From: Caldimicrobium sp.
Lineage (GTDB): Bacteria; Desulfobacterota; Thermodesulfobacteria; Thermodesulfobacteriales; Thermodesulfobacteriaceae
DNA length: 33,749 nucleotides
Direction: 5' to 3'
Assembly: GCA_046291435.1 (NCBI GenBank)
Contig: JBKBTC010000001.1
Location: forward strand, 1 to 33,749
Under the pieces are notes generated by a model. It did not search any database. It saw only the letters and a list, made by a program, of their open reading frames with translations, and was not told the origin of the DNA. Within the stretch, counting starts at the first letter, position 1. Each line of letters opens with the position of its first letter. Below are positions 9,088 through 17,546 of this stretch, piece by piece. Both the position numbers and the translations under genes were made by a program.

Positions 9088-10110
9088 TTAAAAAATAGTA
9101 GAAATTACCAGAACTACATAAATAATATAACAAATACCTGAAAGCCAGAGAAGAAGTGGAGGAATTTTCTTAAAAAAATTTAGAAAAAGAAGGTAAAAAA
9201 GTCCAAGGGAGAGAGCAATGAGGGCTGAAATAAAGGCTAAGCCTTCAATCTTCCAGGGTGTAAAAATAAGCCCAATGCTTACGGGAAAAGTAGACTGAAA
9301 AACCAAGGCACCAGTCATATTCCCTAAGGCAAGCACATCTTTTCCTCGTAGAGTCCAAAGTAAGCTGTTAAATTTTTCGGGAAGTTCAGTAGCTACAGGT
9401 GCAACGATAAGAGCAAAGAGTAAAGGCGAGAGTCCCCATTCTTTTGAAATTCCTTCAATGGCGTGTACAAATAGATGTGCCCCTTTTATCATAACTATCA
9501 AGGCAAGAATGCTTTGTATAAAGGCTAAGGCAATAAGCCCTTTTTTAGAGAGTTTTATTTTGATAAAGGAAAGAATTTTTTCTAAATATAAATCCTTATA
9601 TGCCTCAACTTCTAAACTCTCCGCTCTAAAAGTTAAATATAGATATAATAGGTAATTAACTAAAAGTAAAAGGGCAATAAAAAAGTGTAAAATTTGATAT
9701 TGGGGAAAAAGAACGGGAATGAAAATGGCTAAGGAATAGCTTATTAAGAAAAAGATAAAATCTCGTTTGAAAGTATTTGTTTCTAAATGAAGGGTAAAGG
9801 ATCTTCTTTTTAAGAGAGATCCTAAGGTAACGCCCAAACTTACTAAAAAAAAGCCAGCTGTAATGAGCATAAAGGGAGCACCTAAAATAGCTCCTATACC
9901 AATTTCTGATCCTGCTTTGCCTTTATAAAGAAGGATTGCTACAAGGGGAATTAAGGTTTCAGGAAGAGCGGTGCCTACTGCTGCTAAGATACTTCCAACA
10001 ACTGCTTGAGATAAAGAGAGCTCTTCTCCAAAAACTTCAATGCCATTAGTAAAAATTTCAGCACAGATGAGTATTATAAGTAGTGCTATTAGTGCTTCTA
10101 AGTAAAGCAT
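9088..10110 (-). CDS. Sodium:calcium (CaCA family) cation antiporter
   Basis: About 10 TM helices; alpha-repeat motifs GTALPE and ATELPE…ALGN. Confidence 0.9.
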   Translation of the reverse strand: MLYLEALIALLIILICAEIFTNGIEVFGEELSLSQAVVGSILAAVGTALPETLIPLVAILLYKGKAGSEIGIGAILGAPFMLITAGFFLVSLGVTLGSLLKRRSFTLHLETNTFKRDFIFFLISYSLAIFIPVLFPQYQILHFFIALLLLVNYLLYLYLTFRAESLEVEAYKDLYLEKILSFIKIKLSKKGLIALAFIQSILALIVMIKGAHLFVHAIEGISKEWGLSPLLFALIVAPVATELPEKFNSLLWTLRGKDVLALGNMTGALVFQSTFPVSIGLIFTPWKIEGLAFISALIALSLGLFYLLFLNFFKKIPPLLLWLSGICYIIYVVLVISTIF

Positions 10111-10113
10111 AAT

Positions 10114-10941
10114 TTAATTCACTATTAATACAGGAATTGAGGTGTTTTTTATAACAGATTTTGTAACTGATCCAATACCAAATTGAAGTATTTTACCTCT
10201 TCTTCCCATAACAATGAGGTCTACCTGTTCTTCAGAGGCTTTCTTTAAAATTTCATTTAACCTCTCTCCACAAAGAATTTCAAATCTAAATTTGACCTGA
10301 GGCAAGGAAAGAGTTTTTAGTAGGGTATCCCATTCTCCTTTGACTTCTTTTTCTCTTTCAGAGACAAATTGAATGTTGCAGGTTTTGTCCGAAGATTCTA
10401 ACGGACTTATCACATAAAGAATTGTTAGTTCCGCAGAAGTTTCTTTAGCTAAAAAGAAAGCTTTTTTTAAGGCGGAAATTCCCTTTTCTGAGAAATCAAA
10501 GGGGCAAAGAATTTTCTTTAGCTCCGTAAGAGGGCTCTCCTTAACCACTAAATAGTTTGATTCTAAGCGTTCCAAAATTTTTTCAGCAGTGGGAATTTTA
10601 AGGAGATGGGGCTCGTATCCAAGGATAATTAATTCGGGATCAATCATTTCTACAAAGTGCTTAAAGGCAGACCAAAATTCACCGAGAATGACTGATTTTT
10701 CTACTTTTATATTTTTTTTGTACATAGGTTCCGCTAAAGCTTCTAATTCTTTCTCTAATCTTTCTTTTTCAATGTTAAGATAGGGGAGTAGATATGCTGG
10801 TGGGGTGAAAAATTGTTCAATTACATGAAATAAAATGGCTTTGGAGTCTTTGTATATATTTTCTATTAAAAATTCGCCTGTTTTCACAATGGAAGGAGTA
10901 AACTTTTTGAAATCAATGGCTAATGCTATGGGTTTGCTCAT
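10114..10941 (-). CDS. Tandem-domain universal stress protein
   Basis: IALAIDF and ILCPFDFS domain starts; DLIVMGRRG…GSVTKSVIKNTSIPVLIV ATP-binding motif in the second domain. Confidence 0.92.
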   Translation of the reverse strand: MSKPIALAIDFKKFTPSIVKTGEFLIENIYKDSKAILFHVIEQFFTPPAYLLPYLNIEKERLEKELEALAEPMYKKNIKVEKSVILGEFWSAFKHFVEMIDPELIILGYEPHLLKIPTAEKILERLESNYLVVKESPLTELKKILCPFDFSEKGISALKKAFFLAKETSAELTILYVISPLESSDKTCNIQFVSEREKEVKGEWDTLLKTLSLPQVKFRFEILCGERLNEILKKASEEQVDLIVMGRRGKILQFGIGSVTKSVIKNTSIPVLIVN

Positions 10942-10945
10942 AACT

Positions 10946-11455
10946 TTAATCTCTTTTCCAGTAGACTCTAACTAATTTACTTCCCTTTGACCATTTAAAC
11001 TCAAGGTCACCTTTATAAGCCTTATACAAGGCTCTACCTAAGCGCTGAGCTAAATGATCTGTTGTGGTCTCAATGACAATGGTGTCATCTTCTTCATAAC
11101 TACTAATAATTTGATGAAGAGGATTTAAACCCCTTGCTTTTTCTACTTCATTCTGAATTAGCTTCATTATGTCCTCAGAGTGGGTTTTGGGAAAATTACC
11201 TGAAATATATAAATACCCCATAGCATAGTTTTCTAAAGCTTTTCTACAACCAGGGCAGAGTATTTTGGGTATATGTTCATCTTCCAAAAATTCTTCAGCT
11301 AATTCGTTATCAATAAACCACCTTTTATCTTTAAAAATAGATTTACATTTAGGACAAACTGCTTCTCCAGAAGGTGCTTTACTCATAGCATAGGGATCTT
11401 CAGAACTTTCAAATACCCAAGTGTGTTTTATCCATTTGTCCCCTTTTTTACTCAT
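10946..11455 (-). CDS. BCAM0308-family Zn-ribbon protein (function unknown)
   Basis: DPY…AVCPKC…W…CPGCR, NPL, ETTTDHLAQRLGRAL…G.L…VRVYWKR pattern recalled for this family. The ATG at 11455 follows GGAGG (11465-11461); the ORF track's TTG start at 11467 is less likely. Confidence 0.75.
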   Translation of the reverse strand: MSKKGDKWIKHTWVFESSEDPYAMSKAPSGEAVCPKCKSIFKDKRWFIDNELAEEFLEDEHIPKILCPGCRKALENYAMGYLYISGNFPKTHSEDIMKLIQNEVEKARGLNPLHQIISSYEEDDTIVIETTTDHLAQRLGRALYKAYKGDLEFKWSKGSKLVRVYWKRD

Positions 11456-11483
11456 TAGCTCCTCCAAAAGGTGAGATAATCAA

Positions 11484-11512
11484 AATATACCAGTAAGATG
11501 TAAAATAGTCAA
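11484..11512 (-). promoter_or_regulatory. Sigma70 promoter of the BCAM0308-Usp-CaCA-folC-uvrD operon
   Basis: TTGACT-17 nt-TATATT with extended -10 TG. Confidence 0.75.
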
Positions 11513-11626
11513 CCCAACTTGAGGGTGTTCATAATACATCAGGTATTATTTTTTATTAATTTCAAACATTACAGGCTCATCTTTTCACTTTTTCCTATTT
11601 TCGTAGATTTTTTTATAATTTTCTCT

Positions 11627-11644
11627 CGCAGGCTAAAGCCTGCG
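11627..11644. repeat. REP-like palindrome, copy 1
   Basis: CGCAGGC-TAAA-GCCTGCG, a perfect 7-bp GC-rich stem in AT-rich intergenic DNA. Confidence 0.85.
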
Positions 11645-11666
11645 TAAAAATATCCCAACTTCAAGC

Positions 11667-11694
11667 TTGCAAAAAAATGGAAATTTGTTATATT
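11667..11694 (+). promoter_or_regulatory. Sigma70 promoter of rpmB
   Basis: TTGCAA-16 nt-TATATT with extended TG; SD GAGGAGG downstream. Confidence 0.7.
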
Positions 11695-11726
11695 TAAGTG
11701 AAACTGTTTGAGGAGGAGATTACGGG

Positions 11727-11924
11727 ATGTCTAAGGTCTGTGAGATATGCGGGAAAAAGCCCTATTGTGGAAATCAAGTTAGCCACTCAGGCAAGAGAGC
11801 AAGCAGATGGTGGTATCCTAATATTCAAAAAATAAGGGTAAAACTACCCAATGGGCAAGTAAAGAGAATGAAAGTTTGTACAAGATGTCTAAAAGCAGGA
11901 AAGGTTCAAAAAGCAATAAGTTAA
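11727..11924 (+). CDS. rpmB: 50S ribosomal protein L28 (Zn-binding CxxC…CxxC form)
   Basis: MSKVCEICGKKP..GNQVSHS…R.W.PNIQ…VCTRCLK. Confidence 0.97.
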   Translation: MSKVCEICGKKPYCGNQVSHSGKRASRWWYPNIQKIRVKLPNGQVKRMKVCTRCLKAGKVQKAIS

Positions 11925-14095
11925 ACTAACTTTCTTTCTACTTTTAAAATACCATCTACTTTAGAAATATTGGCAATTATTTTTTCTAAATGATTTTTAT
12001 CCAGAACTTCAACATATATATCAAAATAGGCTTTTTTATCAGGAGTTGTTTTAACTTCAGCTTTTAAAATATTTCCCTCTGCACTGGCTATGGCAGAAGA
12101 AACTGAAGCAAGCAATCCTTTTCTATCAAGTGATACCAAATGCAAATGGGCAGGATAGGTTTTGCCATCAGGTTTTTCCCATTTTACTTCAATAATCCTT
12201 TCAGGGTCAAGGTCTTTTAAATTTGGACAATCGCTTCTGTGCACAGAGATTCCTTTTCCTCGTGTAATATAGCCTACCACCTCGTCCCCACATATAGGTC
12301 TACAACATTGTGCTAAATGAAAAAGAAGGTCAGAACTACCATCTACTGCTAAACTAATCCCTGGTTTTATTTTGCTTGTATCAGAAGTTTTACGATAACT
12401 TACAATCTCTTGATGGTGCTCTTCTTCTAATTGAGGGAAATTTTTATTAATTTCACTATAAACTTTTATTACTTGTTTAGGGGATAGTTTACCACTGCCT
12501 AAGTTGATAAAAAATTCCTCTTCATTTTTAAAAGAAAACTTTTTAAGAAGTTCCATAAAATAGTGCTCTTTTTGTATATCATTTAAAGAAAATCCATATT
12601 TTTTAAACTCCCTTTGCAAAAGTTCTTTCCCCAGGGCGATTTGTCTTTCTTTTTCTTCTTGCTTAAACCACTGTTTTATTCTTGAGCGCGCTCTACTTGT
12701 TTTTACGAATTTTAACCAATCTCTGCTTGGTTTTTGGTGGGGAGAGGTTTCTATACGGATAGTATCCCCCGTTTGAAGTTTATAGTCTAAAGGCACAAGT
12801 TTTTCGTTAACAAAGGCACGCACACACCGATTTCCAACTTCAGTATGAATAGCATAAGCAAAATCCACAGGGGTAGATTCTACAGGTAATACAATAACAT
12901 CTCCCTTAGGTGTGAATACATATATTTCTTCTGGGAATAAATCCAATTTTAGAGATTCAAGAAATTCTCGGGGATTTTTGAGTTCTCTTTGGAGTTCAAT
13001 TAGTTTTGATATCCATTCAAACTGTTTATACTTTGATGAATCAACTACTGAACCTTCCTTATAGAGAAAATGTGCTGCAATTCCTTCATTAGCTATTTTA
13101 TCCATGTATTCGGTTCTTATTTGAATTTCAATTTTTTTTCCTGAGGGACCAACTACTGTAGTGTGTAAACTCTGATACATATTTGGCTTAGGTAAGCTTA
13201 TATAATCCTTAAATCTACCCGGAATGGGAGTCCATTTTCCATGGACAACACCCAAAGTTTTATAACATTCTTCCACTGTCTTTACAATAATTCTAAAACC
13301 TATAAGATCATAAATTTGATCTAAATCATTGATAGTTAAGTTATATTTTTGAAGTTTCCTATAAACACTATAAAGGTGTTTTACCCTGCCTAAGACTTTT
13401 CCTTCAATACCGTTTTCTCTTAGCAGTTCTAAGAGTATAGTTTTAACTTTTTCTACGAACTCTGAAGCTGCCTCAACTCTCAGTTCAACGCCTTTCTTTA
13501 ACTTTTCAAACTCCACAGGATGAAGATATTTAAAAGCAAGATCTTCTAATTCAGTTTTAATCCAATCAATACCTAACCTGCCAGCAAGGGGTGCATATAT
13601 TTCCAGTGTTTCCTGGGCGATATATCTCCTTTTGTGCTCAGGCATAGATTCCAAAGTTCTCATATTGTGAAGACGATCAGCCAATTTGACTAAAATTACA
13701 CGTAAATCTTTAGCCATAGCAAGGATAATTTTTCGCAAGTTTTCAGCTTGTTTAGTAATCTTATTATAAGAACCAGGAAGGATATTAAATTTGGTTACAC
13801 CTTCTACAATAAAAGCTACATCCTCACCAAATTCCTTTTTGATGGTTTCCAAAGGAATTTGGCAGTCTTCTACCAAATCATGTAAAAACCCTGCGGAAAT
13901 GGTAGGTAGATCCATCTTCATCTTAGCTAAAATATAAGCTACCTCTAAAGGATGAGATAAATAGGGATCGCCTGATTTCCTTATTTGACCTTCGTGATAT
14001 TTAGCAGCCCATTCAAAGGCTTTTTCAACGAGCCTTGTATTTGTCCCTGGAAGATAACTTTGTATCTCATCTAATATTTGACTAAGCGTTGCCAT
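11921..14095 (-). CDS. rel: Bifunctional (p)ppGpp synthetase/hydrolase (long RSH)
   Basis: RKSGDPY, HD motif LHDLVED, KLADRLHNMRT, synthetase RVKH…YQSLHT…EIQIRT, TGS (DFAYAIHT), CC zinc finger, C-terminal ACT. Confidence 0.96.
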   Translation of the reverse strand: MATLSQILDEIQSYLPGTNTRLVEKAFEWAAKYHEGQIRKSGDPYLSHPLEVAYILAKMKMDLPTISAGFLHDLVEDCQIPLETIKKEFGEDVAFIVEGVTKFNILPGSYNKITKQAENLRKIILAMAKDLRVILVKLADRLHNMRTLESMPEHKRRYIAQETLEIYAPLAGRLGIDWIKTELEDLAFKYLHPVEFEKLKKGVELRVEAASEFVEKVKTILLELLRENGIEGKVLGRVKHLYSVYRKLQKYNLTINDLDQIYDLIGFRIIVKTVEECYKTLGVVHGKWTPIPGRFKDYISLPKPNMYQSLHTTVVGPSGKKIEIQIRTEYMDKIANEGIAAHFLYKEGSVVDSSKYKQFEWISKLIELQRELKNPREFLESLKLDLFPEEIYVFTPKGDVIVLPVESTPVDFAYAIHTEVGNRCVRAFVNEKLVPLDYKLQTGDTIRIETSPHQKPSRDWLKFVKTSRARSRIKQWFKQEEKERQIALGKELLQREFKKYGFSLNDIQKEHYFMELLKKFSFKNEEEFFINLGSGKLSPKQVIKVYSEINKNFPQLEEEHHQEIVSYRKTSDTSKIKPGISLAVDGSSDLLFHLAQCCRPICGDEVVGYITRGKGISVHRSDCPNLKDLDPERIIEVKWEKPDGKTYPAHLHLVSLDRKGLLASVSSAIASAEGNILKAEVKTTPDKKAYFDIYVEVLDKNHLEKIIANISKVDGILKVERKLV

Positions 14096-14101
14096 AATTA
14101 T

Positions 14102-14130
14102 AAATTAAATCTTATTTTAGAATTTATCAA
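14102..14130 (-). promoter_or_regulatory. Candidate (leaderless) promoter of rel
   Basis: TTGATA-17 nt-TAATTT, then 6 nt to the ATG; no SD sequence. Confidence 0.45.
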
Positions 14131-14157
14131 CTCTGTTTTTCCCTCCTGTGGAGCCTA

Positions 14158-14327
14158 TTTTGAAAAGTTATGTTTGATTCCTATTTTGTAATGTCTCTTC
14201 CATTGTCTTTGGTAAGCGCAGGCTTTCGCCTACGGGAGCGCAACCTAAAGGTTTTGGTTACCTACTTCTTGGAAATTCAAGATTTACACCTTAGGGTATG
14301 TGAAAAATTTAACTACCCTTTTCAAAA
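14158..14327. repeat. ~170-bp symmetric REP-doublet element (REPIN/MITE-like), copy 2
   Basis: Core 14211-14262 is GGTAAG-CGCAGGC-TTTC-GCCTACG-GGAG-CGCAACC-TAAA-GGTTTTG-GTTACC, i.e. two inverted REP units. A 10-bp inverted repeat TTTTGAAAAG (14158-14167) / CTTTTCAAAA (14318-14327) sits at the ends. Confidence 0.7.
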
Positions 14328-14347
14328 AACTTTTTTTATGATTTAAT
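14319..14347 (+). promoter_or_regulatory. Candidate promoter of the por operon
   Basis: TTTTCA-17 nt-TTTAAT with extended TG; SD AAGGAG at 14364-14369. Confidence 0.4.
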
Positions 14348-14375
14348 GAAAAAAATTTGTCAAAAGGAGTGGTAT

Positions 14376-14924
14376 ATGATTGAGATAAGATTGCATGGAA
14401 GGGGAGGGCAAGGGGGAGTAACTTCTGCAGAATTAATTGCTATTGCTGCAATCACTCAAGGCAAATATGCCCAGGCATTTCCCAGCTTTGGTCCTGAAAG
14501 AAGAGGAGCTCCAGTACAAGCTTTTGCAAGGATTAGTGATGAAAAAATTAGGACACGCGAAAAAATCTATCACCCTGACATTATTTTAGTTTTAGACGCT
14601 ACATTGCCTAAGATTGTTAATGTTACAGCGGGGCTGAAAGAAGATGGGATAGCTATTCTTAATAGTTCTCATGGGGAAAAGGAAGTAAGAGCCATGCTTA
14701 AGGGCTTTAAAGGTAAGTTAGCCATAGTTGATGCAACAAAAATTGCTTTAGAAGAATTAGGAGTTCCTATTACAAATACTACTATGCTTGGTGCATTTAT
14801 TAAAGCTTCCGGACTAATTGATCCCCGTTATATGGAGGAGGCACTAAAGCATAGGTTTGGTAAGCTTGCTGAGAAGAATATAAAAGCCCTCCATAGGGCA
14901 ATTGAAGAAACTAAAATATATTAA
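14376..14924 (+). CDS. porC: Pyruvate/2-oxoacid:ferredoxin oxidoreductase gamma subunit
   Basis: MIEIRLHGRGGQG, FGPERRGAP, NTTMLGA. Start set at 14376, after AAGGAG. Confidence 0.93.
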   Translation: MIEIRLHGRGGQGGVTSAELIAIAAITQGKYAQAFPSFGPERRGAPVQAFARISDEKIRTREKIYHPDIILVLDATLPKIVNVTAGLKEDGIAILNSSHGEKEVRAMLKGFKGKLAIVDATKIALEELGVPITNTTMLGAFIKASGLIDPRYMEEALKHRFGKLAEKNIKALHRAIEETKIY

Positions 14925-14937
14925 AAAGGAGTGAGTT

Positions 14938-15231
14938 ATGCCTAAGGACCAAGGGTTAATGAGTTGGAAAGATTTAGCCATAGGGATGTTTATTATTGAA
15001 CCAGGGAACTCTGTCAAATTTAAAACAGGGGATTGGAGGTCTCATAGACCTGTTTTGGATAAGGAAAAATGTATTAAATGTGGTCAATGTTATCTTTTAT
15101 GCCCTGAGCCAGCTTATGAAGAAAATGAAGAAGGATATTTTATTTGTAATTTAAACTATTGTAAGGGATGCGGAATATGTGCATCCATTTGCCCTAAAGG
15201 GGCTATCACCATGGTTTTAGAGGAGGCTTAA
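14938..15231 (+). CDS. porD: Pyruvate/2-oxoacid:ferredoxin oxidoreductase delta subunit (2x[4Fe-4S])
   Basis: KTGDWR..RP; CIKCGQC…CP and CKGCGIC…CP. Confidence 0.93.
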   Translation: MPKDQGLMSWKDLAIGMFIIEPGNSVKFKTGDWRSHRPVLDKEKCIKCGQCYLLCPEPAYEENEEGYFICNLNYCKGCGICASICPKGAITMVLEEA

Positions 15232-15232
15232 G

Positions 15233-16402
15233 ATGGGGAAAAGAGTTGCTAAAGAGGTTTCTATTGCAGTAGCAGAAGCAGTTGCCCAATGTAAAGTAGA
15301 TGTGGTTTCAGCCTATCCAATAACACCTCAAACACACATCGTGGAACATTTAGCTGACCTTGTAAATAATGGTGAATTACAGGCAGAATATATACCTGTT
15401 GAGTCTGAACATGCAGCCCTAAGTGCTTGCATTGGAGCTGCGGCAACCGGAGCAAGAACTTTTACTTCTACCTCTGCTCAGGGTTTACTTTTTATGTATG
15501 AAAATTTATTTATTGCTTCAGCCTTTCGCCTACCTATAGTTATGTTAGTTGCTAATAGATCTATTTCAGCGCCAATAAGCATTTGGAACGATCATGGTGA
15601 TGTAATGACTATGAGAGATTCAGGGTGGATCCAGACCTTTGCAGAAAATGGGCAAGAGGCGGTAGATTTAGTTTATCATGCCTATAGGGTTGCAGAAAAA
15701 GCATTGCTTCCTGTTGCAGTAAATCTGGATGGCTTTATAGTTACTCATGTGGTGGAACCTATTGAATTTTTAGAGGATGAAGAGGTGGATAAATATCTTC
15801 CACCACTGAAAATGAAATATAAACTTGACCCAAAAAAGCCAATTACCATGGGAGCTATAGGGGTCCCTGAAATATATACAGAAGCTAAAAAAGCTCAAGA
15901 TGAAGCCTTTAAAGCAAGTTATAAGATCATTGTTCAAGCTTGGAGAGAGTTTGAAAAAATTTCTGGCAGAAGGTATCAACCTGTTGAAACTTATAAGATG
16001 GATGATGCAGAGGTAGCTTTAGTTATAATGGGTAGTTTAGCGGAAACTGCTATGAACGCTGTAGACTCCTTGAGAGAGAAGGGAAAGAAAGTGGGTCTTA
16101 TAAGAATAAGACTTTGGAGACCTTTCCCTACTCAAGATTTCTTGAGGGCTCTTGGAAAGGTCAAGGCTTTATGTATCTTTGACCGTGCTTTAAGTTTTGG
16201 TGCTTCTGGCGGACCTGTGGGTATTGAGGTGCGCTCCCTTCTTTATCAATCTAACAAAAGACCAAAGGTCTTAAACCTCATCGGTGGGTTAAGTGGCAGA
16301 GATGTAACTGTGGAAGATTTTGAAGAAATTTTTGAGAGAACCTTTAGCTTTATAAAAGCCAAACCAAAGTTTGCCTACGAAATTTTTGGTGTAAAGGAGT
16401 AG
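15233..16402 (+). CDS. porA: Pyruvate/2-oxoacid:ferredoxin oxidoreductase alpha subunit
   Basis: AYPITPQT, ESEH, TSAQGL, ANR…IWNDH, RLWRPFP, GLSGRD. Confidence 0.94.
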   Translation: MGKRVAKEVSIAVAEAVAQCKVDVVSAYPITPQTHIVEHLADLVNNGELQAEYIPVESEHAALSACIGAAATGARTFTSTSAQGLLFMYENLFIASAFRLPIVMLVANRSISAPISIWNDHGDVMTMRDSGWIQTFAENGQEAVDLVYHAYRVAEKALLPVAVNLDGFIVTHVVEPIEFLEDEEVDKYLPPLKMKYKLDPKKPITMGAIGVPEIYTEAKKAQDEAFKASYKIIVQAWREFEKISGRRYQPVETYKMDDAEVALVIMGSLAETAMNAVDSLREKGKKVGLIRIRLWRPFPTQDFLRALGKVKALCIFDRALSFGASGGPVGIEVRSLLYQSNKRPKVLNLIGGLSGRDVTVEDFEEIFERTFSFIKAKPKFAYEIFGVKE

Positions 16403-16406
16403 AACT

Positions 16407-17369
16407 ATGAGACAAGAATTAGCAGGATTTAAAGGATTGAATATTAAAGATTTACCAAAGGAAGACTGGATTGCCCCTGGGCATAGAGCCTGTCAGGGAT
16501 GTGGTACGGTTTTACCCCTTAAATTGGCTTTAAAGGTTTTAGGACCAAATACTATTGCCGTGACCTCTACTGGATGTATGGAGATTATTTCAAGTCCTTT
16601 CCCCTATACATCTTGGAGGGTGCCTTGGATACATGTTGCCTTTGAAAATGCTGCATCTGTTGCTTCAGGAATTGATGCTGCTATAAAGGCTTTAAAGAAA
16701 AAGGGTAAAATTTCTAAAAAGGAGAAAATTAATGTAGTTGTTTTTGCAGGAGATGGTGCAACCTTTGACATCGGCTTACAATTTGTCAGTGGCGCCTTAG
16801 AGAGGGGGCATAATTTTATTTATATATGTCTTGACAATGAAGCTTATATGAATACTGGAGTGCAAAGGTCTGGAGGTACTCCTCTTTTTGCTCATACCAC
16901 AACCAGTCCTGCTGGAAAAGTAATTCATGGAAATATAACTTGGAAAAAAAATTTAGATGGTATTATCGCAGCCCATAATATTCCTTACTTTGCAACAGCA
17001 AGTCCAGGATATTATATGGATTATTTAAATAAAGTAAAAAAAGCTTCTTTAGTTGAAGGTATTGCATTTATACATGTATATTCTCCATGCCCAACTGGAT
17101 GGGGTTCAAAATCTGAAGATACTATTAAATTATCTAAGTTAGTAGTAGAAACACGCATTTTCCCTCTCTTTGAAGTAATTGACGGAAAATATTATATTTT
17201 AAACAGAAAAGTAGATAAACCTAAACCAGTAGAGGAATACCTAAAATTGCAAAGAAGGTTTCGTCATTTAAAGCCTGAAGAAATTGAAATAATTCAAAAG
17301 AGGGTTGATGAAGAGTATGATAAAATAGTTAAGCTGTGTGAAGTCTTTTCCCCACCTAAGGAAAAGTAA
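16407..17369 (+). CDS. porB: Pyruvate/2-oxoacid:ferredoxin oxidoreductase beta subunit (TPP-binding)
   Basis: GHRACQGC, TGC, GDG…DNEAYMNTGVQRS, PCPTGW. Confidence 0.94.
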   Translation: MRQELAGFKGLNIKDLPKEDWIAPGHRACQGCGTVLPLKLALKVLGPNTIAVTSTGCMEIISSPFPYTSWRVPWIHVAFENAASVASGIDAAIKALKKKGKISKKEKINVVVFAGDGATFDIGLQFVSGALERGHNFIYICLDNEAYMNTGVQRSGGTPLFAHTTTSPAGKVIHGNITWKKNLDGIIAAHNIPYFATASPGYYMDYLNKVKKASLVEGIAFIHVYSPCPTGWGSKSEDTIKLSKLVVETRIFPLFEVIDGKYYILNRKVDKPKPVEEYLKLQRRFRHLKPEEIEIIQKRVDEEYDKIVKLCEVFSPPKEK

Positions 17370-17409
17370 TTACTATTAAAAAACTTTTTATTTATCACCT
17401 TGAATACCT

Positions 17410-17509
17410 CGCAGGCTAAAGCATGCGGCTACCCGGAAATACCAATGAAAACCCTTATATAATATGGGTGTGATATTTCAAAATAGAAATAACATTATCC
17501 TTCAAATAG
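17410..17509 (-). repeat. REP-like palindrome with GGTAGC head plus AT-rich arm, copy 3
   Basis: CGCAGGC-TAAA-GCATGCG-GCTACC at 17410-17433 (minus strand begins GGTAGC). The minus-strand arm ATTTCTATTTTGAAATATCAC at 17490-17470 matches copies 2 and 4 at 17/21. Confidence 0.8.
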
Positions 17510-17537
17510 TTGACAAATTTTTAACTTGGGTTATATT
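17510..17537 (+). promoter_or_regulatory. Sigma70 promoter of the tRNA-Gly operon
   Basis: TTGACA-16 nt-TATATT, 9 nt upstream of the tRNA. Confidence 0.8.
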
Positions 17538-17546
17538 TTTAAAAAA

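Noticed and set aside
11627-17433. REP hairpins as CRISPR repeats or intrinsic terminators
   Set aside because: Copies are kilobases apart with no spacer periodicity and no cas genes. Several lie between divergent genes or upstream of genes and lack U-tails.
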